DNA of 62,536 nt from Deinococcales bacterium (GCA_043778225.1 JAYWGM010000098.1:1-62536); one strand, 5' to 3'; counted from the stretch's first letter, positions 13,832 through 24,284 are shown. Notes: generated by a model from the sequence alone, not told the origin. Program-made: numbers and translations.

Positions 13832-14533
13832 ATGACAGACTTACCACTTGGGCAAGGCGTAACAATTCTGAAAACCCACGAAACGGGTTTGATGGCGCTT
13901 CACAAACCCGACGGCATCATGTCGCACCCCAACGAAACTCGAGGACACCCAAAAGCACTTCTTACCTGTGCTTACGAGCATGAGCGGTATTATTGGCAGG
14001 GCGGGGAATTATTCTTGCTGCACCGCTTGGACAGCCCAACCAGTGGCGTGATTCTGGGTTGTACCGATTTTGCATTGGCTCAAGCCATCAAAAAAGCCTT
14101 TGAGGACAACACCGTACAAAAAACCTACCGAGCCTTGGTCTTTGGGTCGCCAACCGCCAAAAAAGAAATCTGGCAAGACCGACTCGAGAAAGACGGCACA
14201 GGCAGCATTCGGGTACGCGGACAATTGAATGCGCTGACCGAAATGAAACTGGTCAGCACCACACGGCTCGAGGACGGGATTTTTTCAGACCTCGAACTCA
14301 AACCAAAAACGGGTAAAACCCATCAGCTTAGGGTGCAAGCCGCCACAAGGGGAATCCCAATGATTGGCGATGCCACCTATGGCAATTTTATATGGAACAG
14401 GGCTTTTACAAGATTGACTAGGCAAAAACGGCTTTTTCTTCACGCTCTCGAGATCTTTGTGAAACTCGAGTGGAAAGGCAGTCTGCTCGAGTTCTACGCG
14501 ACCTCTCCTCTGCCTAAGGAATTTGGGATTTAA
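13832..14533 (+). CDS. RluA-family pseudouridine synthase
   Basis: KPDG, HRLDSPTSG, TGKTHQLR, GDATYG, LHA. Confidence 0.9.
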   Translation: MTDLPLGQGVTILKTHETGLMALHKPDGIMSHPNETRGHPKALLTCAYEHERYYWQGGELFLLHRLDSPTSGVILGCTDFALAQAIKKAFEDNTVQKTYRALVFGSPTAKKEIWQDRLEKDGTGSIRVRGQLNALTEMKLVSTTRLEDGIFSDLELKPKTGKTHQLRVQAATRGIPMIGDATYGNFIWNRAFTRLTRQKRLFLHALEIFVKLEWKGSLLEFYATSPLPKEFGI

Positions 14534-14889
14534 CCAAATTTTAAGCCCAGTAAAAACCCCGGAATAAACGCACCAGCAAAGGGCAAATTATTGGTCATGA
14601 TGCCCAAAATGCTGTTAAATGTATTCTCGAGCGCAGGGCGCTGCAAAGCTGGTTCGGCAAATTGTTGAATTCGCAGCCAGTTAATTTCGACAATCCCCAG
14701 ATACGCCATGACTTGCAGACCAATAAAAATACTACCAAACAAAAAAAGCGCCAGTTTACCGATTTTTTTCATCGCATAACCAGTAGCAAAACCAGCCAAA
14801 CCACCAAAGGAAATCTGCCCAAGGTACGGCGCAATCCAATCTAACACTTGGCTGCTGACTTGCTCGGTTTGAACAGGTGGCTTTTGCAC
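14530..14889 (-). CDS. FUN14-domain membrane protein
   Basis: GGLAGFATGYAMKKIGK, INW, GFLLG pattern. Confidence 0.8.
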   Translation of the reverse strand: MQKPPVQTEQVSSQVLDWIAPYLGQISFGGLAGFATGYAMKKIGKLALFLFGSIFIGLQVMAYLGIVEINWLRIQQFAEPALQRPALENTFNSILGIMTNNLPFAGAFIPGFLLGLKFG

Positions 14890-14928
14890 AGCCGCAGTCT
14901 ACCAGCCCAAAAGATGAAAGCAAACTCA

Positions 14929-15390
14929 TCAAAGTGGCAATACCGTGCTGCGTTTTTCTTCAGAGACCGCAATGATGCTGTTGATGTTGCGAATTCCTGC
15001 AATTCGGGTCAGATGCTCGAGATAAAACTTTTGGTATGCTTCTAGGTCTGCCACACAAATTTTAAGTAAAAAATCGCGGTCGCCAAGAATTAAGTAGCAC
15101 TCGAGAACCTCGGCTCGAGAACGCATTTTCGTGGCAAAATCATCGTAAGTCCCTTTGGTTTGGCGGTCGAGCGTGACCATCACAAATACCGTTAAACCCA
15201 CACCAACTTTTTTGGCATCCAAAAGCGCCGTGTAAGCCGAAATAAAACCATCTTCCTCGAGCCGCCGTACCCGCCGCAAACATGGGGCTGGAGTCAGCCC
15301 AACCTCGTCGGCAAGGTCGGTATTAGCAATTCGGGCATTGCGCTGCAAGACCTCGAGAATTTTTTTATCCGTTGTGTCTAAATCGGGCAT
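14929..15390 (-). CDS. Lrp/AsnC family transcriptional regulator, divergent from gcvT
   Basis: LDTTDKKIL..LQRNAR, PCLRRVRRLEEDG. Confidence 0.92.
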   Translation of the reverse strand: MPDLDTTDKKILEVLQRNARIANTDLADEVGLTPAPCLRRVRRLEEDGFISAYTALLDAKKVGVGLTVFVMVTLDRQTKGTYDDFATKMRSRAEVLECYLILGDRDFLLKICVADLEAYQKFYLEHLTRIAGIRNINSIIAVSEEKRSTVLPL

Positions 15391-15594
15391 AGGACTAGAC
15401 TACGAAAAAAAATTGGAACATTCAATTTTCTATACGATTTTCACGGCTCGGGCGGCATGAAAGACAGCATCACCATTGCACCATAAGCAACAAAACAACT
15501 TTTTGGCTCGAGAAAACGCAACAAAGCACAACAACCCCTCAAGACTCGAGGCTAAAACGCAATCATTACGGCTCGAGTCTTGCTACAATAAGAC

Positions 15595-16674
15595 ATGACA
15601 ACCCTGAAACGCACCACGCTCTTTGACACTCATGTCGCCGTTGGCGCTCGAATGGTGGAGTTCGGCGGTTGGGAAATGCCAGTACAATATGCTGGCATCA
15701 TTGCCGAACACTTGGCAGTGCGAACCAAAGCCGGGATTTTTGATGTCTCGCACATGGGCGAATTTATTGTCAGCGGCAGACAAGCGCTCGAGTTTTTGCA
15801 ATACACTTGCGCCAACGATGCCGGCAAACTTAAATCGGGCAAAGCCCATTACAGCATTTTACTCAACGATTCTGGTGGCGTGGTGGACGATATATATGTC
15901 TACCGCCTCGAGCTAGAAGCCTTTATGGTCGTGGTCAATGCCAGCAACATCGAAAAGGACTGGGCGCACCTCGAGAGAATAGCGGCAAAATTTGATGTCA
16001 GCCTCGAGAACCGCTCTGACGAAAATGCCTTAATTGCCGCGCAAGGACCACTGGCTGCCGAACTGCTCGAGCCTGTGACTAGCGCCGACTTACAGAGTTA
16101 CCGCAAAAACAGTGTTTTCCCCAGTACACTTTTTGGCATAGATGTGCTGATGGCACGAACGGGCTACACAGGCGAAGATGGTTTCGAGATTTTCTGTCAC
16201 CCTCGAGAAGCGGCTTTTTTATGGGCTGAACTGCACAAAATCGGCTTTGCGATGTGCGGCTTGGGCGCACGCGACACGCTGCGGCTCGAGGCTGGATTCC
16301 CATTGTACGGGCATGAATGGAACGATGAATCTAATATTCTCGAGACACCGTTTACATGGGTTTCCAAAGAATACAAAGACTTTATTGGGCGCGACGCAAT
16401 GCTCAGTAAACCACGATCAAAAATGCTGCGCGGGATTCGGATGATTGGGCGCGGCATTCCTCGAGAACACATGACGGTCAAGTTGGCAGGGCAAGTAATT
16501 GGGCAAACGACCAGTGGCACACAAAGCCCAAGTCTGAAACAAGGCATTGCGCTGGCGTACCTACCAAAAGACCTGGAACTAGGCACGAAGATTAGCCTCG
16601 AGATACGCGGTGTAGATATTGAAGCCCAAATTTGCGAACCAGTTTTCATCTCGAGAAGCAGTCCGGGGCAGTAA
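15595..16674 (+). CDS. gcvT: Glycine cleavage aminomethyltransferase T
   Basis: FGGWEMPVQY, FDVSHMGE, RTGYTGEDGFE, GARDTLRLEAG. Confidence 0.97.
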   Translation: MTTLKRTTLFDTHVAVGARMVEFGGWEMPVQYAGIIAEHLAVRTKAGIFDVSHMGEFIVSGRQALEFLQYTCANDAGKLKSGKAHYSILLNDSGGVVDDIYVYRLELEAFMVVVNASNIEKDWAHLERIAAKFDVSLENRSDENALIAAQGPLAAELLEPVTSADLQSYRKNSVFPSTLFGIDVLMARTGYTGEDGFEIFCHPREAAFLWAELHKIGFAMCGLGARDTLRLEAGFPLYGHEWNDESNILETPFTWVSKEYKDFIGRDAMLSKPRSKMLRGIRMIGRGIPREHMTVKLAGQVIGQTTSGTQSPSLKQGIALAYLPKDLELGTKISLEIRGVDIEAQICEPVFISRSSPGQ

Positions 16675-16675
16675 A

Positions 16676-17023
16676 ATGATACTTATTATCCGTGAAAAAG
16701 CCACACCAGAACAACTAAAAGCCATGCTTGAAAGGCACAGCAATATCAATTATGTCAAAGTTGCTGTTGACATTGAACAAGGCATTCTGGCAGGCGGCGG
16801 CGATATGCACTCAGACTGCAAAGAAATCTTACTCGAGCATGAATGCGGACAACACAACATTTGGGGCGCAGGATGGCATTGGGATACTCGAGAAGTCAAA
16901 TTCGATTCCCTTATCGACATTCGACCCAAACAAGGAAATCGCGGCATCGAACTCACCGACCCAAATCTCCGCAAACGCATTGCTGAAATCATTCTCGAAT
17001 TCTTTGAAGGGGTACAACCATGA
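16676..17023 (+). CDS. DUF5674-like protein
   Basis: VKVAVDI..GILAGGG.MHSDC, IWGA, SLIDIRP.QGN recalled as this family; start at MILII. Confidence 0.7.
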   Translation: MILIIREKATPEQLKAMLERHSNINYVKVAVDIEQGILAGGGDMHSDCKEILLEHECGQHNIWGAGWHWDTREVKFDSLIDIRPKQGNRGIELTDPNLRKRIAEIILEFFEGVQP

Positions 17024-17355
17024 CTTTTTTCTCAGAAAAATATCAAAATTTTATGCGCTACCCCTTTGAGCGAAGATTAGGAAACCTCGCTGTTAATTTC
17101 AACCGCATAGCCGAATATGCAACTCAAACCGACAAAGCCCTCTACTTTATTCAAGAAACAAAATACCTTACGGATTGGTGCGCTATTGATTCCGCACTGG
17201 AAACACAACTCGAGTTACAAGCAGCCCAAAGAAAACTATCAAAATGGTCAAATCATTGGGAGGAAATAAGTCAAACACCAGAAAAAACCATTCAAGCCCA
17301 AACCGAAGCTCGAGCCATCAGCCAACGCCTCCTCGAGATAGCAGGATTAACATGA
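17020..17355 (+). CDS. Hypothetical helical protein coupled to the DUF5674-like gene
   Basis: ATGA overlaps on both sides; RLGNLAVNFNRI motif. Confidence 0.7.
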   Translation: MTFFSEKYQNFMRYPFERRLGNLAVNFNRIAEYATQTDKALYFIQETKYLTDWCAIDSALETQLELQAAQRKLSKWSNHWEEISQTPEKTIQAQTEARAISQRLLEIAGLT

Positions 17356-17705
17356 ACACCACCCAAACACAACTCAAAGACATGGCTCGAGTCATGGGCA
17401 TAGCCTCTGGCGCAAAGCAAGTGATTTTATTTGGCAGTACCGCCAGAGGTGAAGCCACCGAAGACAGCGACCTCGATTTTTTATTAGTTATGCGTGACGA
17501 AGACTGGAAATGGCATGGAAAAACCCTAGAAAAACTCGAGCCAGCCATGAAAGCCAGAGATGCTTTTCATGAAGCAGGTTACTGGATACCCTTAGATGTG
17601 CTGCCACTCCCAGAAAGCCGTTACAAGGACCCAAGTTCGTACTTAGCAAGCGAAGTCCAACGCGACGGAATTGTTTTATTTGAACAAGGAGAAAGCCATG
17701 CCTGA
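17352..17705 (+). CDS. Minimal nucleotidyltransferase (MNT, MntA-like antitoxin)
   Basis: LFGSTARGEATEDSDLDFL (GSx10DxD). Confidence 0.88.
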   Translation: MNTTQTQLKDMARVMGIASGAKQVILFGSTARGEATEDSDLDFLLVMRDEDWKWHGKTLEKLEPAMKARDAFHEAGYWIPLDVLPLPESRYKDPSSYLASEVQRDGIVLFEQGESHA

Positions 17706-18090
17706 TTCAAAAGACCCCAACCGTTGGATTGAATATGCTGAAAATGACTACCAAGCAGCGTTTCAACTCAAAAACACCATTGCTTCATCTGCCGCTTTTT
17801 TATTTCATGCTTCTGTCGAAAAATACCTGAAAGCCGTACTGCTTTATCAGAAAAAAAGAGTCCCACAAATTCATGATATTGCAAAGCTGCTCGAGTTGGT
17901 CTCACCACAACTAACAACTCAATCTCGAGAACAACAAGCCGCGAAACTACTCGACATTATATTCAACTTCAGCCGATACCCAGATGACTTACTCGAGATG
18001 GGTTTAGAAGAAACAAGCAGTATTTACGAAGCCAGCACTGTGCTACGCGCCTATGCTCGAGGCGAATTGGGGCTAGAAGGAGATTTATGA
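17698..18090 (+). CDS. HEPN domain protein
   Basis: AENDY, EKYLKA, RVPQIHD, RYP; overlaps the MNT gene. Confidence 0.85.
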   Translation: MPDSKDPNRWIEYAENDYQAAFQLKNTIASSAAFLFHASVEKYLKAVLLYQKKRVPQIHDIAKLLELVSPQLTTQSREQQAAKLLDIIFNFSRYPDDLLEMGLEETSSIYEASTVLRAYARGELGLEGDL

Positions 18091-18569
18091 CATGGCAAGA
18101 CGTAATCATAGATAAAAGCCTACAAAACCTGCCGTACAAAATCGAATTAAGCAAAACAGGGAGAATCGAAATGAGTCCAGCTACCAACTGGCACGCCTAC
18201 TGGCAATACGAAATTGCGGGAATCCTACGTGAACAACTCCGCAGCCAAGGCATAGGCTTCACCGAAGCCAGCATAGACACCCCCGAGGGCGTAAAAGTAG
18301 CCGATGTCGCATGGGGCAGCCACGAATTTTTGGCTCGAGTTGGCATGAACACACCATTTTCAAACGCACCAGAACTCTGTGTGGAAATTATCAGCCCAAG
18401 CAACAGCAAAGAAGAAATAGCTCAGAAAGTACGGCTATACCTCGAGCAAGGCGCAAATGAAGTTTGGTTATGCGATTTGAACGGGAAAATAGAAATGCAG
18501 AACAAAGACGGGAAACTCGAGCAGAGTAAAATAGCACCAGAATTTCCAAAGCAACTCGAGAAGGTCTAA
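18087..18569 (+). CDS. Uma2-family endonuclease
   Basis: GVKVADVAW, APELCVEIISPSN, GANEVW. Confidence 0.88.
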   Translation: MTWQDVIIDKSLQNLPYKIELSKTGRIEMSPATNWHAYWQYEIAGILREQLRSQGIGFTEASIDTPEGVKVADVAWGSHEFLARVGMNTPFSNAPELCVEIISPSNSKEEIAQKVRLYLEQGANEVWLCDLNGKIEMQNKDGKLEQSKIAPEFPKQLEKV

Positions 18570-18580
18570 AAGGTGAAATC

Positions 18581-18808
18581 ATGAGCGTTAAAGAAAAGTT
18601 ACTCGAGAAAATAGAAACCATGACTCCAGCCGACCTTGAATGGCTAAATTCTGTACTCGAGGCACACGAGTACCCAGATATTCGTGTAGATTATGGTGAG
18701 GCAAAACGATTAGAAATGGTTGACATTATCGAAAAATTAGGCGCACCAAGCGACACAGACATGACCGACTTCAATAACTCAATTCAGCGCCGCCCTTGGA
18801 AATCATGA
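18581..18808 (+). CDS. Putative antitoxin (VapB-like)
   Basis: 75 aa, ATGA-coupled upstream of a PIN gene. Confidence 0.65.
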   Translation: MSVKEKLLEKIETMTPADLEWLNSVLEAHEYPDIRVDYGEAKRLEMVDIIEKLGAPSDTDMTDFNNSIQRRPWKS

Positions 18809-19215
18809 GATACACGCTCGATACCAATTTTATGTCCGCAATCATCAATCAAAATCATGATTGCATCCAGCGATTGGCTCGAGCCATCTTTGAAAAACAT
18901 GAAGTAACCTTGAACCCAATAGCTTATTTTGAAAGCAAACGCGGACTGATGAAACCACAGTATGCAAAAAAACTTGCTGAACTCGAGCGGATGGGACTGA
19001 CTTATCCAATGCTTACAGTCAATAAAGATGTAGCCGATACAGCCGCAAAAATCCAAGCTGATTTAGAACAAGCAGGAATGACGATTCACGAAATGGATAC
19101 TTTAATTGCAGCAACCGCAATAACGCACCAAGCCATAGTCATAACCAGAAATGTAAAGCACTTTGCTCGAGTACCAAGAATCAGGTTTGAAAATTGGGAG
19201 GATGAAACTGCCTAA
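18805..19215 (+). CDS. vapC: PIN-domain toxin (VapC family)
   Basis: YTLDTN, E, DTLIAATA, TRNVKHF. Confidence 0.9.
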   Translation: MRYTLDTNFMSAIINQNHDCIQRLARAIFEKHEVTLNPIAYFESKRGLMKPQYAKKLAELERMGLTYPMLTVNKDVADTAAKIQADLEQAGMTIHEMDTLIAATAITHQAIVITRNVKHFARVPRIRFENWEDETA

Positions 19216-19349
19216 GCTAAGGCAGAATGAAAATGGAAAACTCCAAACTGGTACAACAGCACCAGCGTTTTCAAAGAAACTAAAAAGGTCTAGGCAATGT
19301 GAGCATAACTCATGCTACAACAACAATTGACAAATTAAGGAGCATACAA

Positions 19350-19928
19350 ATGCCGAAAAAATTTGAAAAATGGGGAAACTTCGTTAAAAGCGCTGACACG
19401 GATTTGTTAGCCCTAGGAGTCTTACAGATTTCAGAGCAGCAAACCCTAGCAATTTATCATGGAGTACAGGCTTTAGAAAAATATTTAAAAGCTTTGAAAA
19501 TGTCAATTCTTGACCCGAGTGGCTCATTTGCAACAGCAGACACAGAGAAAAAGTGGATTAAAACTCATAGTCTATCAAAATTAGCTCAAAAATGTCAACC
19601 ACAATTTCCATTTTATATAGACCCTATTGTACTTAAAAATTTCAAAAAATACTCAGAATTTGACCAAGCCACACGGTATCCTTGGGTATTAACAGAACTA
19701 ACTAATGGAAATTCTACTGATGATTTGCGTTTAATCTTGGATTACATTAAACAAGCAAGACAAGATATTCCAATAACAAAAGACGATTATCCATTGGGTT
19801 TAAGTATCCGTGGTCATTTTCATAGGAAAAACGAACAAACTGCCAATGTAAGCCTTGGTGACCAATTTGCCGTTCTCACACTTCGTAAATTGCGGTCTGA
19901 CTTAGATGAATTTATACGCTGGCAATAA
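19350..19928 (+). CDS. Stand-alone HEPN domain protein, AT-rich
   Basis: QALEKYLKA, KTHSL, TRYP; AAGGAG RBS before MPKK. Confidence 0.75.
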   Translation: MPKKFEKWGNFVKSADTDLLALGVLQISEQQTLAIYHGVQALEKYLKALKMSILDPSGSFATADTEKKWIKTHSLSKLAQKCQPQFPFYIDPIVLKNFKKYSEFDQATRYPWVLTELTNGNSTDDLRLILDYIKQARQDIPITKDDYPLGLSIRGHFHRKNEQTANVSLGDQFAVLTLRKLRSDLDEFIRWQ

Positions 19929-19967
19929 GTACAAATACAATTAGTGATATGAATTTAAGGAGCAATT

Positions 19968-20348
19968 ATGAACATCCCATCCGACCTGCAATACCTCAAA
20001 TCCCACGAGTACCTTCGTCTCGAGGGCGACATCGCCACGATTGGCATTACCGACTTTGCCCAAGACCAACTTGGCGATGTTGTGTACGTCGAACTGCCCG
20101 AAGTTGGACGTATCGTCTCGAGCGGCGAAGCTGTGGCAGTGGTTGAAAGCGTCAAAACCGCTTCGGACATTTACAGCCCTGTCTCTGGTGAGGTGATCGA
20201 AATTAACTCGAGCCTGACTGACGAACCTGAAAACATAAATGCCGAACCTTACGGCAATGGTTTCTTATTCAAAGTCCAAGTGACCGACACCTCAAGCGAC
20301 CTGATGAACGCTGCTGCTTACCGCGAAGTTGCCGAAGCAGAGGCATAA
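19968..20348 (+). CDS. gcvH: Glycine cleavage H protein
   Basis: [19 protein letters not shown], lipoyl site VESVKTAS. Confidence 0.97.
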   Translation: MNIPSDLQYLKSHEYLRLEGDIATIGITDFAQDQLGDVVYVELPEVGRIVSSGEAVAVVESVKTASDIYSPVSGEVIEINSSLTDEPENINAEPYGNGFLFKVQVTDTSSDLMNAAAYREVAEAEA

Positions 20349-20385
20349 GCAAAACTGGGCTAGTAGAAAAGATGCAATGCCCTAC

Positions 20386-20573
20386 AACTCCCCCTCTCTT
20401 GACCCTGAAGCAGCACCTTCGGGCTTTGGTCGCTCGCTTCTCTTGACCATAAACGCGCACCTGACGGGCATGGTCGCTCGCTCGACCCCTCAAAGAGGGG
20501 TACTAGGTCTTAGGTCTTGATTTTAAGCCCCCCTCTTTGAGGGGGAAACTCGAGGAACGAGAGTGGGGGAGTT
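20386..20573 (-). repeat. Multi-hairpin dispersed repeat (ACTCCCCC...GGGGGAGT ends) carrying two mini-element inserts
   Basis: Reverse complement aligns with 58565-58668; inserts at 20396-20433 and 20440-20477. Confidence 0.85.
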
Positions 20574-20589
20574 GCCCCAAAGGAAATCT

Positions 20590-21912
20590 ATGAATTACAC
20601 CCCACATACCCCTGAAGATATTTCGCTGATGCTCGAGACGATTGGTGTTCCGAGTGTTGATTCGCTTTTTGATGATTTACCGCTTCCTATTCGTAATCCA
20701 AAAATTGATATTCCAGCAGGTCTGGATGAATTCGGTGTTCTCGAGCATATGAAAGGCTTGGCGGCAAAAAACATCAGTCTCGAGGCTGCACCGAGTTTTC
20801 TTGGTGGTGGTATGCGTCATCATTTCCAGCCATCTGCGGTCAATGCGCTGACCTTTCAAAGTTCGTTTGTGACCGCCTACACGCCATATCAACCCGAGGT
20901 TTCGCAAGGCGAATTGCAAGCCATGTTTGAGTACCAAAGCATGATTGCGGCACTAACAGGCTTGGATATTTCTAACTCGAGTCTGTACGATGGCGCGACC
21001 GCCGTGGCAGAAGCAGCTTTGCTTGCGATGCGCCACACAAATCGCAGTACGGTCTTGGTCAGCCGTGGTGTGCATCCAGAGTACCGTGAGACGCTCACCA
21101 CTTTTCTCGAGTGTGTGGATGCCAAACTGGTGAATCTTGAACTCGAGGGAACAACGACCATTTCACAAGCTGTTGACCCCGACATTGCGGCAGTGATTGT
21201 GCAGAATCCAAATTTTTTGGGGTCGCTCGAGGATATGAAGGCTTTAGCGGCTCGAGCGCATGAGGCTGGGGCGCTGTTTATTGCAGTGGTTGACCCGCTA
21301 TCGCTGGCGGTTGTCCAAGCCCCCTCGGAGTACAGCGCGGATATTGCCGTGGGAGATGGTCAGGTGATTGGGAATGCAGCAAATTTTGGCGGTCCTGCAT
21401 ATGGATTTATTGCGGTCAAAGATGCGTTAATGCGCCAATTGCCGGGGCGAATTGTTGGGGCAACCAGGGATGTGGATGGCAAACGCGGTTTTGTGCTGAC
21501 GTTGCAAGCTCGAGAACAGCATATTCGCAGGGCAAAAGCCAAGTCCAACATTTGTAGTAATCACGCGCTGATGGCGTTGCAAAGTTCGATTTACTTGGCT
21601 TCGCTCGGACCAAATGGACTGCGAGAAGTGGCAACCGTCAGTGCCATCATGGCTCGAGAACTCGAAACAGTACTTAATCGGGTGGGACTCAAAACGATTA
21701 CCACTGGAAAATACCTGAATGAATTTGTGGTCAAACTTCCTAAGAAGCCTGAGGAAATTCGGGCTGCTCTTAGCTCAAGTGGCTTGCATGGTTGCGTACC
21801 GATTCCGCTCGAGTATGGTTTTGGTGATGCTGGTTTGTTCGCAGCCACGGAATTGACCACATCACATGACATTGCGAAACTCGAGGCAGTTCTGAAAACT
21901 ATTTTGGTGTAG
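20590..21912 (+). CDS. gcvPA: Glycine dehydrogenase subunit 1
   Basis: YTPHT, TAYTPYQPEVSQG, LYDGATA, REQHIRR, SNICSN. Confidence 0.96.
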   Translation: MNYTPHTPEDISLMLETIGVPSVDSLFDDLPLPIRNPKIDIPAGLDEFGVLEHMKGLAAKNISLEAAPSFLGGGMRHHFQPSAVNALTFQSSFVTAYTPYQPEVSQGELQAMFEYQSMIAALTGLDISNSSLYDGATAVAEAALLAMRHTNRSTVLVSRGVHPEYRETLTTFLECVDAKLVNLELEGTTTISQAVDPDIAAVIVQNPNFLGSLEDMKALAARAHEAGALFIAVVDPLSLAVVQAPSEYSADIAVGDGQVIGNAANFGGPAYGFIAVKDALMRQLPGRIVGATRDVDGKRGFVLTLQAREQHIRRAKAKSNICSNHALMALQSSIYLASLGPNGLREVATVSAIMARELETVLNRVGLKTITTGKYLNEFVVKLPKKPEEIRAALSSSGLHGCVPIPLEYGFGDAGLFAATELTTSHDIAKLEAVLKTILV

Positions 21913-21915
21913 CCT

Positions 21916-22170
21916 ATGTCTAAGAAACAGAAATTATTGTTAAAACTGAGTAACAGCCAAAAGAATGTTCGTTTTGATGATTTGGTTTTACTTGCAACTT
22001 ATCTGGGCTTTGAAATAAAGGAAATCAACGGCAGTCATCATCAACTTCGTCATCCTGCACTAAAAGCTCAACTTAATTTTCAGCCGAATCGAGATCAAGC
22101 TAAAACGTACCAAGTTAGACAACTCTTAAAACTCATTGAAGAACTCGGAATTCAATTGGAGGACGAATGA
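21916..22170 (+). CDS. hicA: HicA-family toxin
   Basis: NVRFDDL, GSHH, AKTYQVRQLL. Confidence 0.85.
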   Translation: MSKKQKLLLKLSNSQKNVRFDDLVLLATYLGFEIKEINGSHHQLRHPALKAQLNFQPNRDQAKTYQVRQLLKLIEELGIQLEDE

Positions 22171-22424
22171 AAGACTATCATATCAACGTTTTTTATAGTG
22201 AAGAGGATGAATGCTACATCGCTGATATTCCTGATTTGCGTTACTGTTCAGCTCATGGTGACACTCCACTCGAGGCAGTACGCGAAGTTGAAATTGCCAA
22301 ATCCATGTGGCTTCAATGTGCTAAGGAACATGGCGACATTATTCCAGAACCTAAGTATCGCCCTCTGATTTATCAAGCAATTTTTCAAGCCCCAACAAAC
22401 ACAGGTATTCCCATTTCTCTATGA
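22167..22424 (+). CDS. hicB: HicB-family antitoxin
   Basis: YIADIPDLRYCSAHGDTPLEA, IPEP. Confidence 0.88.
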   Translation: MKDYHINVFYSEEDECYIADIPDLRYCSAHGDTPLEAVREVEIAKSMWLQCAKEHGDIIPEPKYRPLIYQAIFQAPTNTGIPISL

Positions 22425-22741
22425 GCAAAAAAGCCAAACAACCACAAAAACCAGTTCTCGAGCCAATGCCACCGACCACCGCGGTCTCGAGTGCAAAGTC
22501 GTTCTGGCGGCGCAATGGTTTATTTTTTGCCATTGGGTTGTTTATCATGGCAAATGTTTTATTACTGGCAATGGATAGTCAGCGAATTGCAGCCACAGCT
22601 TTTGGGGTGATTGCATTTCTAACAGTCTTTTCGATTATTTTGGCAGTCACCTACGGTTTGCAGTATCTACAAGTCAAGCGCAGGGCGGAACTCGAGGTGT
22701 GGTCAGAGCGCCAATGGAAACTCTGGAAGGAAGGGTTTTAG
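22421..22741 (+). CDS. Hypothetical two-TM membrane protein
   Basis: Two hydrophobic helices; ATGA overlap with hicB. Confidence 0.65.
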   Translation: MSKKAKQPQKPVLEPMPPTTAVSSAKSFWRRNGLFFAIGLFIMANVLLLAMDSQRIAATAFGVIAFLTVFSIILAVTYGLQYLQVKRRAELEVWSERQWKLWKEGF

Positions 22742-22799
22742 GTGACTGAGCGCAACAAGAAGTTTGTGGAGCAAAACAAAGTTTTAATTTGGAGGCTAT

Positions 22800-24284
22800 A
22801 TGAATGCAGTTCTCGAGAAACAAAAAATTCAAGCAGATTTCCCGCTTATCTTTGAGCGTTCCAAAACGGGTCGGCGTGGGGTCATTCCGCCTCAAGCGGC
22901 AAAAGCACAAGGCGTAAAGCTCGAGGATTTATTAGGCGCAGAAAACCTGCGTGTCTCGAGCTTGCCGCTGCCTGAAGTTTCCGAACTCGATTTGGTACGT
23001 CACTATTCGGGCTTGGCAAATCGGCAGATGAGTGTGGATGCCAATTTTTATCCGCTTGGCAGTTGCACCATGAAGTACAACCCCAAAGTCAACGAGGTCG
23101 CGGCGGCGTGGTTCACAAGTTTGCATCCGTATCAAGACCCAAGTACGGCTCAGGGTGCGCTCGAGTTGCTGTACCACTTGGCAAGAGACTTGGCACAGAT
23201 TACGGGCATGGATGCGGTGACACTGCAACCAGCCGCAGGAGCGCATGGTGAATTCACGGGCATTCTGATGATTCGTAAGTATTTTGAAGCCAAAGGCGAA
23301 CTCGAGACTCGCCGCATTGTAATTTGCCCCGACGCAGCCCACGGGACGAATCCAGCCACAGCAGCCATGGCTGGTTTTGATGTTGTAGAGATTCCTGGCG
23401 ACGAGCGCGGTGAAGTGGATTTTGTGGCGCTTGAGGCAGCCTTAAACCCAAGTGTGGCAGCAATCATGCTGACCAATCCGAATACGCTGGGGATTTTTGA
23501 AACGCGAATTCTCGAGATTAGCGCCAAAGCCAAAGCACTTGGAATTCAATTGTATTACGATGGTGCAAACACCAATGCAATTGTTGGTCGGGCGCGTCCG
23601 GGCGACATGGGCTTTGATGTGATTCATCTTAATTTGCACAAAACCTTTACCGTACCGCATGGTGGTGGAGGTCCCGGAACAGGTCCTGTGGGCGTGAAGG
23701 CTCACCTCGAGCCATTTTTGCCAACGCCGATTATTGCAAAGGCTGAAAATAACTTTGTTCTCGAGTTTGACCGTCCACAGAGCATCGGACGGGTTCGCAG
23801 TTTCTACGGTAATTTTGGCAATCTGGTACGGGCGTACACTTATATTCGCAGTTTAGGCGCGGAAGGACTTCACGATGCCTCGAGCATGGCGGTTTTGAAT
23901 GCCAATTATTTACGGGTTAAATTCCAAAAAATTGGTTTTGAAACCGCGTACAACCGAGTCAATATGCACGAATTTGTGGCAGTACCACCCAAAGGCATGA
24001 AAACCTTAGATTTTGCCAAGGCACTCCTTGATTATGGCATTCACCCGATGACCGTTTATTTTCCATTGGTGGTTTCCGAATCCATGATGGTAGAACCCAC
24101 CGAAACTGAAAGCCTCGAGACCATGGACAGATTTGTAGAGGTGATGCAGGAGATTCTGGAGAAAGCCAAAGCCAATCCAGCTTGGCTCGAGAATGCGCCG
24201 TACAATACCGTGGTGCGGCGTTTGGATGAAGTGCTGGCGGCAAAAAAGCCAATGCTAACGTATCAGAAGCTCTCGAGAAACTGA
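22800..24284 (+). CDS. gcvPB: Glycine dehydrogenase subunit 2
   Basis: YPLGSCTMKYNP, HGTNPA, HLNLHKTF..PHGGGGPG. Confidence 0.97.
   Translation: MNAVLEKQKIQADFPLIFERSKTGRRGVIPPQAAKAQGVKLEDLLGAENLRVSSLPLPEVSELDLVRHYSGLANRQMSVDANFYPLGSCTMKYNPKVNEVAAAWFTSLHPYQDPSTAQGALELLYHLARDLAQITGMDAVTLQPAAGAHGEFTGILMIRKYFEAKGELETRRIVICPDAAHGTNPATAAMAGFDVVEIPGDERGEVDFVALEAALNPSVAAIMLTNPNTLGIFETRILEISAKAKALGIQLYYDGANTNAIVGRARPGDMGFDVIHLNLHKTFTVPHGGGGPGTGPVGVKAHLEPFLPTPIIAKAENNFVLEFDRPQSIGRVRSFYGNFGNLVRAYTYIRSLGAEGLHDASSMAVLNANYLRVKFQKIGFETAYNRVNMHEFVAVPPKGMKTLDFAKALLDYGIHPMTVYFPLVVSESMMVEPTETESLETMDRFVEVMQEILEKAKANPAWLENAPYNTVVRRLDEVLAAKKPMLTYQKLSRN

Noticed and set aside
15391..15594. Glycine riboswitch upstream of gcvT
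   Set aside because: No recognisable aptamer motifs; TACAAT lies 5 nt before the ATG, leaving no leader.
16676..19928. Integron cassette array
   Set aside because: Genes overlap directly with no attC-like spacers, and there is no integrase.
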